Assembly: GCF_964204645.1 (NCBI RefSeq)
Contig: NC_134033.1
Span: 13,524,655 to 13,588,654 of the forward strand
DNA length: 64,000 bases
From: Tubulanus polymorphus
Lineage: Eukaryota; Animalia; Nemertea
Direction: 5' to 3'
Made by a program: the position numbers and the translations under genes. The notes beneath the pieces were generated by a model. The model saw only the letters and a list, made by a program, of their open reading frames with translations, ran no database searches and had not been told where the DNA came from. How positions within the stretch are numbered: position 1 is the stretch's first letter; every line of letters starts with the position of its first letter. Below, one piece after another: positions 62,301 through 64,000 of this stretch.

Positions 62301-63746
62301 CTACTATACCGGGCTTACTAAGCGCCGAATTGCCGACTCGTAGTGTGAACGTAAATGGCTGTATAAGCGCCGTATTTTGGTGAATTCGGCACCAGTGAAG
62401 TACGGTACTTCGTAAGCGCCGAATCTAGTGTGAACGCAGCTAGTTATAGATTTGGTTGAGTAGTTTGTGTGTCAGTTAAACCGGTCAATAAATCAGCCAA
62501 ATCAGTCGTGAACGTATATTGTATAAACTGATAAGCCGCAAAACGCACGCATATCTATTAAGTTAGCGTTCCTCGTTCGTGAACCTAACTACCGAATAAA
62601 TGGGGTAAATCCCCCGATAAATAATCTGCAAGGGTTTCCCCGAACTCGATTAGAAAGTTTTTACGCGAAGGAAAAAATTTATGTCCGTCACACGCCGCAG
62701 TATCGGGTACCAGAACTCTCGACGCGTCGATCAAACATCGGCGTCGGTACCGATTTACGAACCGCGGCGTATAGTACACATAGTCCTAACTAAATATCTC
62801 GTCAATAATTCCAATCAATTTCGAGAGCCGTAGTCGATCATGCAATATCTGAAAGCAATCATTTCTATACGATCGATAGTTGTATTAGATATCGGATTGA
62901 TGATAATTCGTCCGGCGTTCTGCGTTCTTATAAGAGATTTATTACGTATGACCAAATCTAATGAAATGCCGATCACTGGTGAATTAACTGTGTTTACCGC
63001 TGGCGAAATCTTGCGCCGGCCAATAACTTCATCTGCAGCAGACCCCCCTCAGGTCTCATCAAACACATCGGAGACCAATTAAATTTATCCAGTAGCCCCC
63101 GCGTCTCCCGCGTCTCCTTGATTCCTTAAAAACTAAATGGAAAGTACTTTTAAAGGTGTGTGAAACTGCTTTTATTCGAGCGAAATAATAGAAACTCCTA
63201 CAATTTTGAGAAATAGGCAATTAGAAAGATTTCTCGGCGCATTTTGAGTAGCCGCCATTTCTCATGATGAATTCTGTCGATTATTTCATCCTCGCAGCCT
63301 GCAGATCCTACTAAGCCAGTTGTTCCTACTAAGCCAGCCAATTCTAAGCCAGCTGATGCTACTTTACCCAGCCAATTTTACTAAACAGCCAATCTTGCTA
63401 GGCAGGCTGCCGTCCTCCTAAGCCTCTTGGCCTATTATCTTAGAATTTTAGGGTTGAGTGGTGACACCACTATATCAGTGATGGGTGCAAAGTGCTTCAT
63501 GCAAACAAGACAATTTTTGATGTGCATAAGTATGAGTTTCCATTTAAAAGCATTCCCCGATGGTTTCTGGGGTTAGATATTCCCTGTTTCTTTGTACTGC
63601 TGGTTCAAATCTGTCAAGTACGAGCTGCGCGTGAAATTGACGATGTGTCTTTTGATCTTTTTCAGTCTGTGATTTTTGATGAAATTGCTCTTCACAACTT
63701 AAGCATCGCCGAATGCAGCACTAAAAATGTAAACCACAGTTTTCAG
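54160..63746 (+). CDS. DGKH: Type II diacylglycerol kinase (eta/delta-like), 5' exons encoding the N-terminus and PH domain; continues beyond window
   Basis: Exon 54160-54354 ..DDSSESDGETEPAKSFHRRISTNKDLKTA; 61154-61201 RCMKEGYLAKQTNSFQ; 61943-62005 RWRRRYFKLKPRKLYYAKDTM; 63666-63746 SVIFDEIALHNLSIAECSTKNVNHSFQ. All junctions phase 0. Matches the DGKH/DGKD PH pattern KEGxLxKQTxSFQRWxxRYFKL..LYYAKD..IFDE..AExSTKNxNxSF. Confidence 0.92.
54630..54725 (+). repeat. Degenerate interstitial TTAGGG-like repeats
   Basis: gggtttagggttagggttttgatagggttag ... ctagggatagggttagggtaagg. Confidence 0.55.
55284..55865. mobile_element. Non-autonomous DNA transposon with GTTCACACTA-type TIRs (PIF/Harbinger-like)
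   Basis: aggtgtgttcacactac ... gtagtgtgaacgcggct. Second family member at ~62100-62441 (gcgttcacactag ... ctagtgtgaacgc). Confidence 0.6.
56605..56755 (+). repeat. Degenerate ~19-bp minisatellite (gggttaaagttggctnccc)
   Basis: About 7 diverged tandem units. Confidence 0.7.
57063..57076. promoter_or_regulatory. X-box (RFX)-like palindrome in DGK intron 1
   Basis: GTTACCATGGCGAC, close to consensus GTTRCCATGGYAAC, next to a (GA)n tract at 57121-57152. Confidence 0.4.
58160..58470 (+). repeat. Dispersed repeat family, three copies in DGK introns (also ~60700-61010 and ~63110-63228)
   Basis: Shared ctccttgattcct...aatggaaa..cttttaaagg..gaaac...gagc.aaat...gaaactcc...ttttgagaaa.aggcaattagaaa. 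Confidence 0.8.
59463..60252 (+). repeat. Two long CT-rich polypyrimidine tracts (59463-59667 and 59925-60252)
   Basis: Almost purely C/T. The second tract has an internal ~55-bp duplication (ccttccccttgctcctttccctcactatttccctga). Confidence 0.9.
60600..60651 (+). repeat. 11-bp tandem repeat (aacccgcgttt) x~4.5
   Basis: Directly visible. Confidence 0.8.
61536..61739 (+). mobile_element. Full-length tRNA-derived SINE with A-tail and 11-bp target-site duplication
   Basis: A box TGGTCGAGTGG 61548-61558, B box GGTTCAAACCC 61601-61611, A-tail 61730-61740, TSD atttttacaag at 61525-61535 and 61740-61750. Confidence 0.88.
62100..62441. mobile_element. Non-autonomous DNA transposon, GTTCACACTA-type TIRs
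   Basis: gcgttcacactag ... ctagtgtgaacgc, with an internal extra end gtagtgtgaacg at ~62340. Confidence 0.55.
63305..63425 (+). repeat. Degenerate ~18-bp tandem repeat (ctaagccagc core)
   Basis: Several diverged units. Confidence 0.55.
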
Positions 63747-64000
63747 GTGGGTAACAATAAAGATAGCGTTTCTCGGTCCTTTTTAGGGCACCGGTGTTTC
63801 TCGTCGGTTTCACCCTGCATCCTGTAGATAGTTTTTTCTTTTATCTTAAAATAGGGATTGACCCTATTATTAATTTGGTTGGTAAATTTCGTTTGAATTT
63901 TATAATTGAGTGTCCCTTACAAACCCACAAAACCCGCCAGGAGCGAAACAAGGGGTTTGATTTTGAAATCGGAAATCGAAGTACAGCTATAGTTGTGTGA

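Overview
Intron-rich, AT-rich genomic DNA from an animal, probably an invertebrate; the species cannot be determined from sequence. It is not prokaryotic. Seven spliced protein genes are readable. (1) A giant secreted Ser/Thr/Asp-rich mucin-like protein on the MINUS strand: ATG 20306, signal peptide, about 240 copies of an 84-bp/28-aa repeat, at least 6,768 codons, running off the left edge. It is missing from the ORF track, whose huge + strand V/D/E ORFs are its antisense shadow. (2) A ~22-exon secreted mosaic protein on the minus strand (21358-31897): signal peptide, furin site, CTLD x3, kringle x2, Ig, Robo-like FN3 x2, CTLD x3. (3) A Lys-rich RNI-type LRR protein (minus). (4) PIGU. (5) A phospholipid scramblase. 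(6) FBXO36 with two candidate alternative last exons. (7) The 5' PH-domain exons of a type II diacylglycerol kinase (DGKH/DGKD-like). Introns and spacers carry two tRNA-derived SINEs, several MITE families, microsatellites and three minimal hammerhead-ribozyme motifs of Penelope-like type, one inside an inverted pseudo-LTR-like insertion. The best candidate for an undescribed system is the adjacent, co-oriented pair of a giant polyanionic mucin and a two-ended six-CTLD mosaic protein, possibly a secreted gel, adhesive or matrix module (inference). Exon coordinates were read by eye and may be off by a few bases.
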